The notes under the pieces were generated by a model. It did not search any database. It saw only the letters and a list, made by a program, of their open reading frames with translations, and was not told the DNA's origin. The translations under genes and the position numbers were made by a program. From NCBI RefSeq assembly GCF_030028105.1, contig NC_092379.1, positions 22,607,309-22,664,788 on the forward strand: 57,480 nt of DNA, in the 5' to 3' direction. Origin of the DNA: Mobula birostris. Its lineage: Eukaryota. Positions 13,560 to 25,709 of this stretch are shown here, piece after piece. Position 1 is the stretch's first letter. Each line of letters begins with the position of its first letter.

Positions 13560-15270
13560 TTCTTAGTTCCTGCCTAATGCCCTTGTAAATTTCCCTATGT
13601 CAATTTAAATCTCTTCCACAAGGACCACACCTATCCTTGTTGATAGCTATCCTGAAAGTTAACGAGTTGTGGTCACGATTCCCGAACTGTTCACCCACTG
13701 AAAGGTCAGTCACCTGGCCAGGCTCCTTCCCCAAAACCAGGTGCAGTATGGCCCCTCCTTTCATTGGACCGTGCACATATTGATTTAAGAAACCTACTTA
13801 ACAAATTCAAACCCATCTGAGCCCCTTACATTAAGAAGCCTTCCCAGTTTATATTCGGAAAGTTGAAATCCCCCATGACACCAACCCTATTATTTTTACA
13901 CTTTTCTTTAATCTGATTGCACATCTGTTCCTCAATGTCCCAGTGGTTATTAGGGGGTCCATAGTACAATCCCATCAGTGTGATTGCACCCTGTCTAACC
14001 CTGAGTTTCACCCACATCGACTCAGTTTCTGACCCCTCCATTATGTCTCCTCTGAATGCAGCTGTGATATTGTCCCTGATCAGGACTGCAACTGCCCACC
14101 CCCTTACCTACTCCTCTATCTTTTCTAAAACTCCAAAAACCTGGCACATTAATCACTCATTCCTTCTGCTCTCTCAACCAAGTTTCAGTGATGTCTACAA
14201 CATCGTAGTTCCATGTACTGATCCATGCTGTAATTTCATCATCCTTATCCATAATAATCCCAGTATTCAAATATATACACTTCAAGCTATCTGACCCATT
14301 CTACCTGTTATTTAAATTTTGCCTTTCAATACTATCCCTGACATCTAACTTCTGGTCAGATCCATCCCCTACTGACCTGGGGCTCTGGTTCTCAGCCCCC
14401 TGAAAAACCACTTTAAACTCTCCCAAGTAGCATCAACAAACCCTGAAGCCAGGATATTGCCCCCCCGCCAGTTCAGGTGCAACCCATCCCAATCTTCCTG
14501 CATATTGAAATTCCTGAAGACAGTTTTAACATTGCACCTTTGACATGCATTTTCTATCTCCCATTGTAATTTGTAGACCACATCTTTGCTATTCTGTTCA
14601 CAGGTCTGTATATAACTCCCAGCAGGGTCTTTCATCCTTGCAGATTGTTAGCTCTACCCAGAATGATTTGACACTTTCTGAGAGCCACACCATGCTCACT
14701 GCCTACCTGCCTGTCCTTTCAATACAATGTGCATCCTTGGACATTAAGCTCACCTCTATAATCTTCTTTCAGCCATGATCCACTGATGCCCACAATGTCA
14801 TACGTGTCAATCTGTTGTTGTGTTTCAAGTTCATCTAGCTTATTCTGTATACTGTGTGCATTCAATTATAACACCTTCAGTCCTGTGTTCATCACCCTTT
14901 TTTGATTTTGTCCTCCTTTTAAATTTCAACTCATCCCATTGACTGCAATTTTGGCCTACCACCAGCCTCTGCTTGCGAGCAGTCTCACTACACACTGCCT
15001 CTGTTTGTAAACCAACAACTAGATCCTCAGCCCTATCACTCAATTTCTCATCTCCTGTCAAATTGGTTCAAATCTTTCTGAACAGCACAAGCAAACCTGC
15101 TCACAAAAATGTTTATCCCCCTTGGATTCACACGCAACCCATCCCTTTTGTATCAGTTGTAACTTCCCCAGAAGGGATCCCAGTGATGCAGAAATCTAAA
15201 CCCCTGCCCCTGCATCAGTTCCTCAGCTATGCATTCATCTGCCAAATCATCCTATTTTTCCAATAACCTG
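13560..15270 (-). mobile_element. CR1 endonuclease/ORF1 fragments
   Basis: ESMWVKLR...YYGPPN...MGDFNFPNINW; related to 28392-29315. Confidence 0.7.
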
Positions 15271-15369
15271 TTGTTCTCTCAATACAACTCTTGCTTGATT
15301 TCCTTGTTTAAGTTCACAATTATTGCCCCAAATTCACATTCACATTCTTCCACCTTTTGCTTATGAAGA

Positions 15370-16010
15370 GCCAGAAGATCTAACATATCGATGCAACTTC
15401 AAAGAAGGCACAACAGCTGCTATATTCCATTAGGAGCTTGAGGAGATTTGGTATGTCACCTGAAACAATCACAAATTTCGATAGATGTACCATGGAGAGC
15501 ATTCTAACTGGCTGCATCATGGTCTGGTATGGGGGTGCAGGAGGGAGGGGCTACTGCATGGGATAGAAACAAACTGCAGAGAGTTGTAAACTCAGTCAGC
15601 TCCATCATGGGCACTGGCCTCCATAGTACCCAGGACATCTTCAAGGAGTGATGCCTCAAAAAGGCAGCGTCCATCATTCGGGACCCCATCACTCAGGTTA
15701 TGCCTTGTTCTCATTGCCACCATCAGGAAGGAGATTCAGCAGCCAGAAAGTTCACACTCAACGATTCAGGGACTTCTTTCTCTCTGCCATCTGATTTCTG
15801 ATTGGAAATTGAACCCGTGATCACTACCTCACTACTGTTTTATTTCTACTTTTGCACTGCTCATTTAATTACATACTTATATATATATATATATACACAC
15901 ACGCACAATAATTCACAGGTTTTTACTCTGTTATTATGCATTGCATTGTACTGTAGCCACAAAGACAACAAATTTCATGGCATATGTCGGTGATATTAAA
16001 CCTGATTCTG
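15370..16010 (+). mobile_element. Rex1/L2-like LINE 3' fragment with (TA)n(CA)n
   Basis: Remnants homologous to the C-terminus of the 8916-12620 element (RCTMESILTGCIMVWY). Confidence 0.6.
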
Positions 16011-16029
16011 ATATATCTGAAAATATACT

Positions 16030-16785
16030 GGAATGCCGGCTGTTTGAAAAGGCTGATTGCGGAATGTCTGAAGAAATGAGTGATCAGGAATAACAAATAT
16101 TGAAATCAATCAGGATGTGGATCTTTTATGTGGCAAGATTGTAGAAGGGTTAATGACAGCGACAACAATAAGTATCCCAAGGAAATGGAATAGAGCTGAA
16201 AAGAAAATGGTGCCATGGTGGAGAAAAGATTGTGGGGAAACAATTAGGCATCGTAATAGAGCCTTTAGAATGGAAAAGAGGACACACAATTTTCCAAAAA
16301 TAATTGAGAATAAACATATGCAAGCAATAGTAAGAAAAACAATTAGAAAGGTGAAAAAGGAATATTGGAGTATGATTTGTGACTCCGGAGGAATACAAAC
16401 ACCCATTGACAGTGATTGGAAGATGATAAAAAGAATGAATGGTGTCACCAGGGACATTGGATACCCAGAATTATCTATGGGGAAGGTTTGATTTTAAGTT
16501 ATGTGAATTGGGAATTTGAGGTTGAATGCAAAATGGGATAAAGGATTTTTTAATTGGTAGACCTATCATGGTGCGACCAGAGAAATCAGTCAAGTGAGCC
16601 AATTATGGAAAAGAGAACCCCTCAGAGAAGTGTTGTTGGTCCATTACTATTACTATCATAATAAATGGTATATTTTCTAATATAAGTAGTCGTATTGGAA
16701 TTTCATTGTGTGGACGATGGAGCTATGTGGAAAAGGGGTGGGAATGTGAAATTTATAACACGGAAACTTTAAGAGACAACGGTTA
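16030..16785 (+). mobile_element. I/Nimb-like LINE, left part
   Basis: VPWWRKDCGETIRHRNRAFR..., and a decayed YADD region (CVDDGAMWK). Confidence 0.7.
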
Positions 16786-16989
16786 GCATAGAAACATAGA
16801 AAATAGGTGCAGGAGTAGGCCATTCGGCCCTTCAAACCTACACTGCCATTCAGTATGATCACGGCTGATCATCCAACTCAGAACCCTGTGCCAGCCTTCC
16901 CTCGATACCCCCAGATCCCTATAGCCACAAGGGCCATATCTAACTCCCTCTTAAACATAGCCAATCAACTGGCCTCAACTGTTTCCTGT

Positions 16990-19780
16990 GGCAGAGAATT
17001 CCACAGATTCACCACTCTCTGTGTGAAGAGGTTTTTCCTCATCTTGGTCCTAAAAGGCTTCCCCTTTATCCTCAAACTGTGGCCCCTCATTCTGGACTTT
17101 CCCAACATCGAGAACAATCTTCCTGCATCTAGCCTGTCCTATCCCTTTTGGATTTTAGACGTTTCAATAAGATCCCCCCTCAATCTTCTAAATTCCAACA
17201 AATATAAGCCTAGTCGATCCAGTCTTTCATCATATGAAAGTCCTGCCATCCCAGGAATCAATCTGGTGAACCTTCTTTGTACTCCCCCTATGGCAAGGAT
17301 GTCTTTCCTCAGATTAAGGGACCAAAACTTCACACAATACTCCAGGTGTGGTCTCACCAAGGCCTTGTACAACTGCAGTAGTACCTCCCTGCTCCTGTAC
17401 TTGAATCCTCTTGCTATGAATGCCAGCATACCATTCGCCTTTTCCATCACCTGCTGTACCTGCATGCCCACTTTCAGTGACTGGTGTATAATGTCACCCA
17501 GGTCTCGTTGCACCTCCCCTTTTCCTAATCCGCCACCATTCAAATAATAATCTGTTTTCCTGTTTTTGCCACCAAAGTAGATAACCTCACATTTATCCAC
17601 ATTAAATTGCATCTGCCATGAATTTGCCCACTCACCTAACCTATCCAAGTCACCCTGCATCCTCTTAGCATCCTCCTCACAGCTAACACTGCTGCCCATC
17701 TTCGTGTCATCCGCACACTTGGAGATGCTGCATTTAATTCCCTCATCTAAGTCATTAATATATATTGTAAACAACTGGGGTCCCAGCACTGAGCATTGCG
17801 GTACCCCACTAGTCACTGCCTGCCATTCTGAAAAGGTCCCGTTTATTCCCACTCTTTGCTTCCTGTTTGCCAACCAATTCTCTATCCACATCAATACCAT
17901 ACCCCCAATACCGTGTGCTTTAAGTTTGCACACTAATCTCCTGTGTGGGACCTTGTCAAACGCCTTTTGAAAATCCAAATATACCACATCCACTGGTTCT
18001 CCCCTATCCACTCTACTAGTTACATCCTCAAAAAATTCTGTGATTCTTCAGACATGATTTTCCTTTCACTAATCCATTCTGACTTTGTCCGATGATTTCA
18101 CCGCTTTCCAAAAGTGCTGTTATCACATCTTTGATAACTGACTCCAGCATTTTCCCCACCACTGATGTTGAGCTAACCGGTCTATAATTCCCTGGTTTCT
18201 CTCTCCCTCCTTTTTCAAAAAGTGGGGTTACATTAGCCACCCTCCAATCCTCAGGAACTAGTCCAGAATCTAAAGAGTTTTGAAAAATTATCAGTAATGC
18301 ATCCACTATTTCTTGGGCTACTTCCTTAAGCACACTGGGATGCAGACCATCTGGCCCTGGGGGTTTATCTGCCTTTAATCCCTTCAATTTACCTAACACC
18401 ACTTCCCTACTAACATGTATTTCCCTCAGTTCCTCCATCTCACTGGACCCTCTGTCCCCTACTATTTCCGGAAGATTATTTATGTACTCCTTGGTGAAGA
18501 CAGAACCAAAGTAGTTATTCAGTTGGTCTCCCATGTCCTTGCTCCCCATAATCAATTCACCTGTTTCTGTCTGTAGGGGACCTACATTTGTCTTAACCAA
18601 TCTTTTTCCTTTCACATATCTGTAATAGCTTTTACAGTCAGTTCTTGTGTTCCCTTCCAGTTTTCTCTCATAATCTTTTTTCCTTTTCCTAACTAAGCCC
18701 TTTGTCCACCTCTGCTGGACTCTGAATTTCTCCCAGTCCTCAGGTGAGCCACTTTTTCTGGCTAATTTGTATGCTTTTTCTTTGGAATTGATACTATCCC
18801 TAATTTCCCTTGTCAGCCATGGGTGCACTGCTTTCCCTGATTTATTCTTTTGCCAAACTGGGATGAACACTTGTTGTAGTTCATCCATGCGATCTTTAAA
18901 TGCTTGCCATTGCATATCCACCGTCAACCCTATAAGTGTCATTTGCCCGTCTATCTTAGCTAAATCACGTCTCATACCTTCAAAGTTACCCTTCTTTAAG
19001 TTCTGAACCTTTGTTTCTGAATTAACTATGTCACTCTCGATCTTAATGAAGAATTCCACCATATTATGGTCACTCTTGCCCAAGGGGCCTCTCACGACAA
19101 GATTGCTAATTAACCCTTCCTCATTGCTCAATACCCAGTCCAGAATAGCCTGCTCTCTAGTTGGTTCCTCGACATGTTGGTCCAAAAAACCATCCCGCAT
19201 ACATTCCAAGAAACTCTCTTCCTCAGCACCCTTACCAATTTGGTTCACCCAATCTACATGTAGATTGAAGTCACCCATTATAACTGTTGTTCCTTTATTG
19301 CACGCATTTCTAATTTCCTGTTTAATGCCATCCCCAACCTCACTACGACTGTTAGGTGGCCTGTACACAACTCCCACCAGCGTTTTCTGCCCCTTAGTGT
19401 TATGCAGCTCTACCCATATCGATTCCACATCCTCCTAGTTAACTTTCTTCCTTTCTATTGCGTTAATCTCCTCTCTAACCAGCAATGCTACCCCACCTCC
19501 TTTTCTTTCATGTCTATCCCTCCTGAATATTGAATATCTTTGAATGTTGAGCTCCCATCCTTGGTCACCCTGGAGCCATGTCTCTGTGATCCCAACTATA
19601 TCATATTCATTAATAACAATCTGCACTTTTAATTCATCCACCTTGTTACGAATGCGCCTTGCATTGACACACAAAGCCTTCAGGCTCGCTTTTACAACAC
19701 TCTTAGCCCTTATACAATTATGATGAAAAGTGGCCCTTTTTGATTTTTGCCCTGGATTTGCCGGCCTGCCACTTTTACTT
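16990..19780 (-). pseudogene. CR1 ORF2 (APE endonuclease plus RT), disrupted
   Basis: VGITETW, YRPPN, GDFN, SDH, PGPDG, DFQKAFDKVPH, ADDTK; split by a stop at 19435 and frameshifts near 18030 and 17150. Confidence 0.9.
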
Positions 19781-19913
19781 TTCTCCTTACTACTTTTTGC
19801 TTCTACCCTCATTTTACACCCCTCTGACTCTCTGCACTTGTTCTCATCCCCCTGTTGTGAATTAACCTCCTCTCTCCTAGTTTCTTTAATTTGATTCCCA
19901 CCCCCCAACCATT

Positions 19914-20904
19914 CTAGTTTAAAGTCACCTCAGCAGCCCTCGCAAATCTCCCCGCCAGGATATTGGTCCCCCTTGGATTCAAGTGTAACCCGTCCTTTTT
20001 GTACAGGTCACACCTGCGCCAAAGGAGGTCCCAATGATCCAAAAACTTGAATCCCTGCCCCCTGGTCCAGTCCCTCAGCCACTCATTTATCCTCCACCTC
20101 ATTGCATTCCTACTCTCACTGTCGCGTGGCACAGGCAGTAATCGCGAGATTACTACCTTTGCGGTCCTTTTTCTCAACTCCCTTCCTAACTCCCTATTCT
20201 CCTTTCAGGACCTCTTCCCTTTTCCTACCTATGTCATTGGTACCTATATGTACCATGACCTCTGGCTCCTCACCCTCCCACTTCAGGATATCTTGGACGC
20301 GATCAGAAATATCCCGGACCCTGGCACCAGGGAGGTAAACCACCATCCAGGTCTCTGGACTGCGTCCACAGGATCGCCAATCTGACCCCCTTACTATCAA
20401 GTCCCCTATTACAACTGCCCTCCTCTTCCTTTCCCTACCCTTCTGAGCTACAGGGCCGGACTCTGTGCCAGAGGCACGGCCACTGTTGCTTCCCCCGGGT
20501 AAGCTGTCCCCCACAACAGTACTCAAACTGGAGTGCCTATTGTCAAGGGGCACAGCCACCGGGGTACTCTCTATTACCTGACTCTTCCCCTTCCCCCTCC
20601 TAACCGTGACCCACTTGTCTGCCTCCCGTGGCCCCGGTGTGACCACCTGTCTGTAACTCCTCTCTATCACCTCCTCACTCTCCCTGACCAGATGAAGGTC
20701 ATCGAGCTGCAGCTCCAGTTCCCTAACGCGGTCCCTTAGAAGCTGCATCTCGGCGCACCTGGCGCAGATGTGGACGTCCGGGAGGCTTGGAGATTCCAGG
20801 GCCTCCCACATCCGGCACCGAGAACAACAAGCTGCCCTCACACTCATACTGCCCCTCTCCTCAAATAACAACAAAAAATGAATGCCAAATCCTCTTCGCC
20901 TCAC
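19914..20904 (-). pseudogene. CR1 ORF1 (zinc finger plus SGNH esterase-like), one stop
   Basis: CSRCRMWE/HICARC, VIGDLIVRG, VHIGTNDI, DGLHLN. Confidence 0.85.
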
Positions 20905-20921
20905 CCGTTTCCGCCTGAGCC

Positions 20922-21760
20922 GTTAAGGTGGAAGATTGGGCATGAAAATGGGAATTCAGATTTTCAGCAGAGGAATCCAACACAATACTTTTCACAAGGT
21001 GGAGGACAGAACAACACTTGAAACTAAAACTTTGGTATAGAATTAGAACGTGTGGGAAGCCTCACATGGTCAACACCTATTAAAAGTAAGAAAGTGCTAA
21101 ATGTTATGAGGTGTTTAACAGGAAAGGAAAGGGAAGCTGATAGGAAATCCTTGAAAGCAATATATATAGGATTAATAAGATCAATACTGGACTATGGAAG
21201 TATGGTATATGGATCAGCATCACACTGTGTGGTCAATAAACTGGATATAATTCACAGTCAAGCATTAAGGTTAATCAGTGGGGCAAAAGGACAACAGCAG
21301 TGGTGGCAATGCAGGTGGAGTTGGGAGAGACACCTCTGGAACTGAGAAGAACTCAGCTTGTGGTAACATATTGGGTGAACCTACAAGGGCCTGGAGAAAA
21401 TCATCGAAGTAAACAGCTTCCAGATCCGTGCTGGGAAAAGGAAAGAAGGAAATCAGAAGTTTTGCATGGAGTATTGAGGGAAAAGCAGAAAGAATAGGAG
21501 TTAGTAAAAAGGCAGTGAGTGATACAGTCCCTTTTCCTGGGCTGTCTCCATGACTGTGTGAAGCACCAGAAGTGGATCCTGAATTATTCAAAAAGAGATA
21601 GAAAAATAGAGAAGTGATCTTAAATGGTGCAGTGGAATCTTATGTAAATAATAATTATTATGGATATTTACAAATGTCCACACATGCTTCAAAATGGCAA
21701 TAGTAGATGAGGGATAGGATTGGTAGTGAGACCGATGAGAGTTGTAATATTGTCTGATTC
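20922..21760 (+). mobile_element. I/Nimb-like LINE, right part
   Basis: YIGLIRSILDYGSMVYGSAS, QALRLISGA, and an RNase H-like remnant (VVILSDS). Confidence 0.7.
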
Positions 21761-22199
21761 AAGCACAGGAATCAGGAGTCTAAAATATTTACATTCAGCA
21801 GAAAGACCAGATATTTTATGTGAGCTAATACAATATTTATTTTGTTCATCCACCATTTCCTTGTCCCTCATTACTACCTTTCCAGCATTGTTTTCCAGTG
21901 GTCCGATACCCACTCTCGCCTCTCTTTTACACTTTATGTATCTGAAGCAACTTTTGGTGTTCTCTTTAATATTATTGAGTAGCTTACTTTACCATTCCAT
22001 CTTATTCTTCTTACTGACTTTTGTAGCTGCCTTCTGTTGGTTTTAAATGCTTCCCAATCCTCTAACCTCCCACAAATGCCAGCTCAATGATATGCCCTCT
22101 CTTTGGCTGTTATGTTGCCTTTGACTTCCCTTGTTCTCCATGGTTGTGTCATCTTGCCTTTTGAACACTTCTTCCTCTTCAAACCCCCAGTTATTTCCC

Positions 22200-23891
22200 T
22201 CTTGAAAATAGACTTCGAGGTTCAGCATAAAGGATTCTTATCCCTTTTGACCTAGCAGCTGGATTCCATAAGCTTGGCTGTGAGTTCCCCAGACTGTTCA
22301 GGTATTTGCTTGGTCCTCTCCTGAACTAGAGGACACGACTCGATAAGTGTTTGGACTCGCAGAGTCCTATTGACTGGAAATGGCTTTTTTGTCCTTAAGG
22401 GCAGGACTTGGTCTCTCGAGACTCTCAGGTTACCTCACACTGAAGGCTGCCCTCTTATTAGTTCTTGGTCACAGGAGAGTCTGGGTCTTGGAACACTATG
22501 GTGCAAACAAACCCTCTTATCAGGACTGGACCAAGCAATGATTCTGCCCTTCCTCCAGTCCATGGATGGGTTACACTGGGACAGCCCAGGGTACCGGAGG
22601 ATCAGCGGTATGAGGGGAGAGTCAATAATGTAGAAACTAATGTCTGCATGATCCCCTATCCTCACCTGCAAATCCACAGTCTGTTGCTGGATCTTCGCAG
22701 AACCTAGTGGGTGACCGTCCAACACAGTTGCAGGCATGGGTTGGCTCAACTCTCACAGTGGTATGTCAAACCGATGGGTGGTTCTTAAATCCAGAAAATA
22801 ACCCTCTGCCCCAGAGTCCAGGCAGCTCTCACCTGCTTTAAGTTTTTACCCCGGGTGAACTCTGCCTTCAGTTCACCCAGAGTCAGTTGTATTGGGAGTA
22901 GTGACTGCCACCATCACAGTCCTCCTGAATTTAGACGGTCTTAGCAATATCGACGGTTGCAGCCTGGGACTTTCGGCCCATCATTGACATACTTCCCCGC
23001 AGTAAAACCATGACAATGACTCTGACGCCGGGACCTTTCATTGGCAGAGAGTCCAGCACAACTGACCTGCAGGCGTTCGACTGGATCTTGAGCAGGCAAA
23101 AGGCTGGTTATGGTCCGAGGTTGTGGGGTGGAACTGTGATGCATAGGAACTGGGCTCAGACTGGCTCACTTCGATTTCTTGAAGTGGTCTCACTCTTGCT
23201 CTGCTGGACAATTATCGAGATGGATGGACTGGTCACTCAAAACCTCTCAGATCTCAGTTGGCTCTCCCAAGGCAAGGCGTCCTTCAGTTCATCCGTGGTA
23301 TTAGAACATGACCACGGCCTCCCCATTCCAACCACTCTTCTGGGCCAAGGTCCAAAATTCGATTGCGTTGTCGGCCGTGGACCAGCCCCCCTGTTGAATC
23401 TTCATCAGCCGGTCTGAGTCTCAGCTGGCTCCCGTGAGGTGATTAAACACCTTCCTCATGGCAGCCATGAATTCCTCTGAATCCGAGCAGATCTCAGACC
23501 GATGTTCCCAGTGCACAGTGGCCGAGGCCAGGACTTTTCCAGTCCAGGAGAGATAATGAAGGCCACTTTTTCTCACTCTGAAAGGAACCGAGGTAAATGA
23601 AGCAAGGTTCTAGTCACGGTATTAAATTAGAGCTGAGCACAAAACAAATGTTGGATGATAGCACAAGTCAGCTTATCATTGAACACCGAACCTCTGTTCA
23701 GCTGTTCCTTAAATACTCAGTTCTTGGCACCCAAAAATGATTATCAATTAGCAGGACCATCATGATCCCTTAAAGGGGCCGTGCCAGCTATCCGTACTCC
23801 TGGAAGCTGGTGCAGTTGGGAGTGTCTGGTAACAAAGACTTCTGGCTGTTCATGCTCACCATTGAGAATACCGTGGACACAATCTGTGACA
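22200..23891 (-). mobile_element. Ty3/Gypsy LTR retrotransposon remnant with 5' LTR (23612-23891)
   Basis: LTR TGTCAC...GTGACT; protease remnant (LDSGA); PLILRYPGLSQCNPSMDWRKGRI (protease-RT linker motif). Confidence 0.75.
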
Positions 23892-24555
23892 TCATGATCC
23901 TGACATCAGGGATGCAGCATACCATCTGTGTGTCTCTATCGCGCCCATAGAACCTCGTTCTGTTCCTCTGTCTAAGGAATCTCCTATCATCACTGCATTC
24001 CTCTTCGCCTCTCTCCTCTTCTGAGCCACGTCACCAGACTCAGTGCCAGAGACCCAGTCACTCTGGCTCCCCTTCAATAGTATCTAAAATTATAGATTTA
24101 TTATTGAGGGGAACAGCCACAGGTGTTCTCTGCACTTCTTGTACATTTGCCCTCCGTCTCCTGACAGTCACCCAGACACCTGTCTCCTGCAGCCTTGTGG
24201 TAATCTCCTCCCTGTAGCTCCTGTCTATCACCTCCTCATATCTGCCACTTCTTTGACCATTCTCCTGATCTTTCTAAGTATTTTTGTAGCCTCTCTGCTT
24301 CCTCAACTTTGCCTTCCCCTCCCCATCTCTTTATATCATCTGCAAACTTGGACCTAAAAGCCATCAATTCCATTATCCAAATTATTGACAATTGACATGA
24401 AAAGAAGCAGTTGCAACACAGACCCTTGTGGAGCACCACTATTCACTGGCAGCCAACCAGAAAAGGCCCTCTTTTGTTTGCCTACTCTTTGCCTCCTGCC
24501 AATCAGCCAGTGTTCCATCCATGCCAGTATCTTTCCTGGAATACCATGGGTTCTA

Positions 24556-24700
24556 AAGCAACACACACAAAATGCTGAAGGAGCTCAGCAGGCCTGGCAG
24601 CATCTGTGAAAAAGAGTCAGCAGTCAATGTTTCAGACTGATGAAGGCTCTTGGCCCAAAACATTGTTTGTTTACCCTCTTCCATAGATGCTGCCTGGCGT
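24556..24700. repeat. Short repeat with internal inverted arms
   Basis: cctggcagcatctgtgaaaaagag (24593-24616) pairs with ctcttccatagatgctgcctgg (24676-24697). Confidence 0.75.
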
Positions 24701-25709
24701 CATCCCACCTTAAGAATATTTCTTCTTTGATGCACCTATCTTGCGCCTTCCAATTTGCTCTCAGAATCACCTGCCATTGCTGCTTTGCCATCATCCCTGC
24801 TAGTGTCCCCTTCCAATCAATTTTGGCCTTCTCCTCTCAATGTCTTCTGCACTATCCCTGGAATCTCCACCAGTCTTAGAATCATGCACAAATTTACTAA
24901 CCAACCCATCTTCATTTTCATCCAGAACATTTGTATACATTACAAACAATGTACGTCCCAGTACAGACACCTGTGGAACTCTACTAATCACTGACTTCCA
25001 GGTTGAACATGTCCCTTCTACCACTACCCACTCTCTTTTATGTGTAAGCCAGATAATTTGCCACATATCCCATGCATCTTAATCTTTTGGATTAGCCTCC
25101 CATTGGGGACTTTGTCAAATGCCTTATTAAAGTCCATGTAAACAGCATCCACTGCCCTGCCCTCATCAATCTGTCTTGTCACCTTGTCAAAAAATCCAAG
25201 TTGGTAAGGCACGACTTGCCCTACAGAATGCCCTGCGAGCTCTCTCTACTTAGGTCATGGGTTTCCAAATGCTCAGGTAATCTATCACCAAGACTTTTCT
25301 TCTGCAATTTCCCTTCAACTGATGTAAGACTCACCAGTCTATAGTTTGCAGAATTTTCCCTTGTTCCCTTCTTAAATAGAGGTCCAACATTAGTCTAAAT
25401 GGATTTCAGCAAGGCATTTGATAAGGTGCCCCATGCAAGGGTTATTGAGAAAGTAAGGGATCCAAAGGGACCTTGCTTTGTGGATCCAGAACTGGCTTGC
25501 CCACAGAAGGCGAAGAGTTGTTTAGACAGGTCATATTCTGCATGGAAGTTGGTGGCCAGTGGTATACCTCAGGGATCTGTTCTAGGACCCCCTTCTCTTC
25601 GTGATTTTCATAAATGACTTGGATAAGGAAGTGGAGGGATGGGTTAGTAAATTTGCTGATGACACCAAGGTTGGGGGTGTTGTGGATAGTGTGGAAGGCT
25701 GTCAGAGGG

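Larger units (their letters stand above)
16786..20921 (-). mobile_element. Full-length CR1-type LINE (4.1 kb) with 4-bp TSD GTTA
   Basis: ORF1, EN-RT ORF2 and TTCTATG-type tail; GTTA at 16782-16785 and 20922-20925. The host reading frame rejoins across the insertion. Confidence 0.92.
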
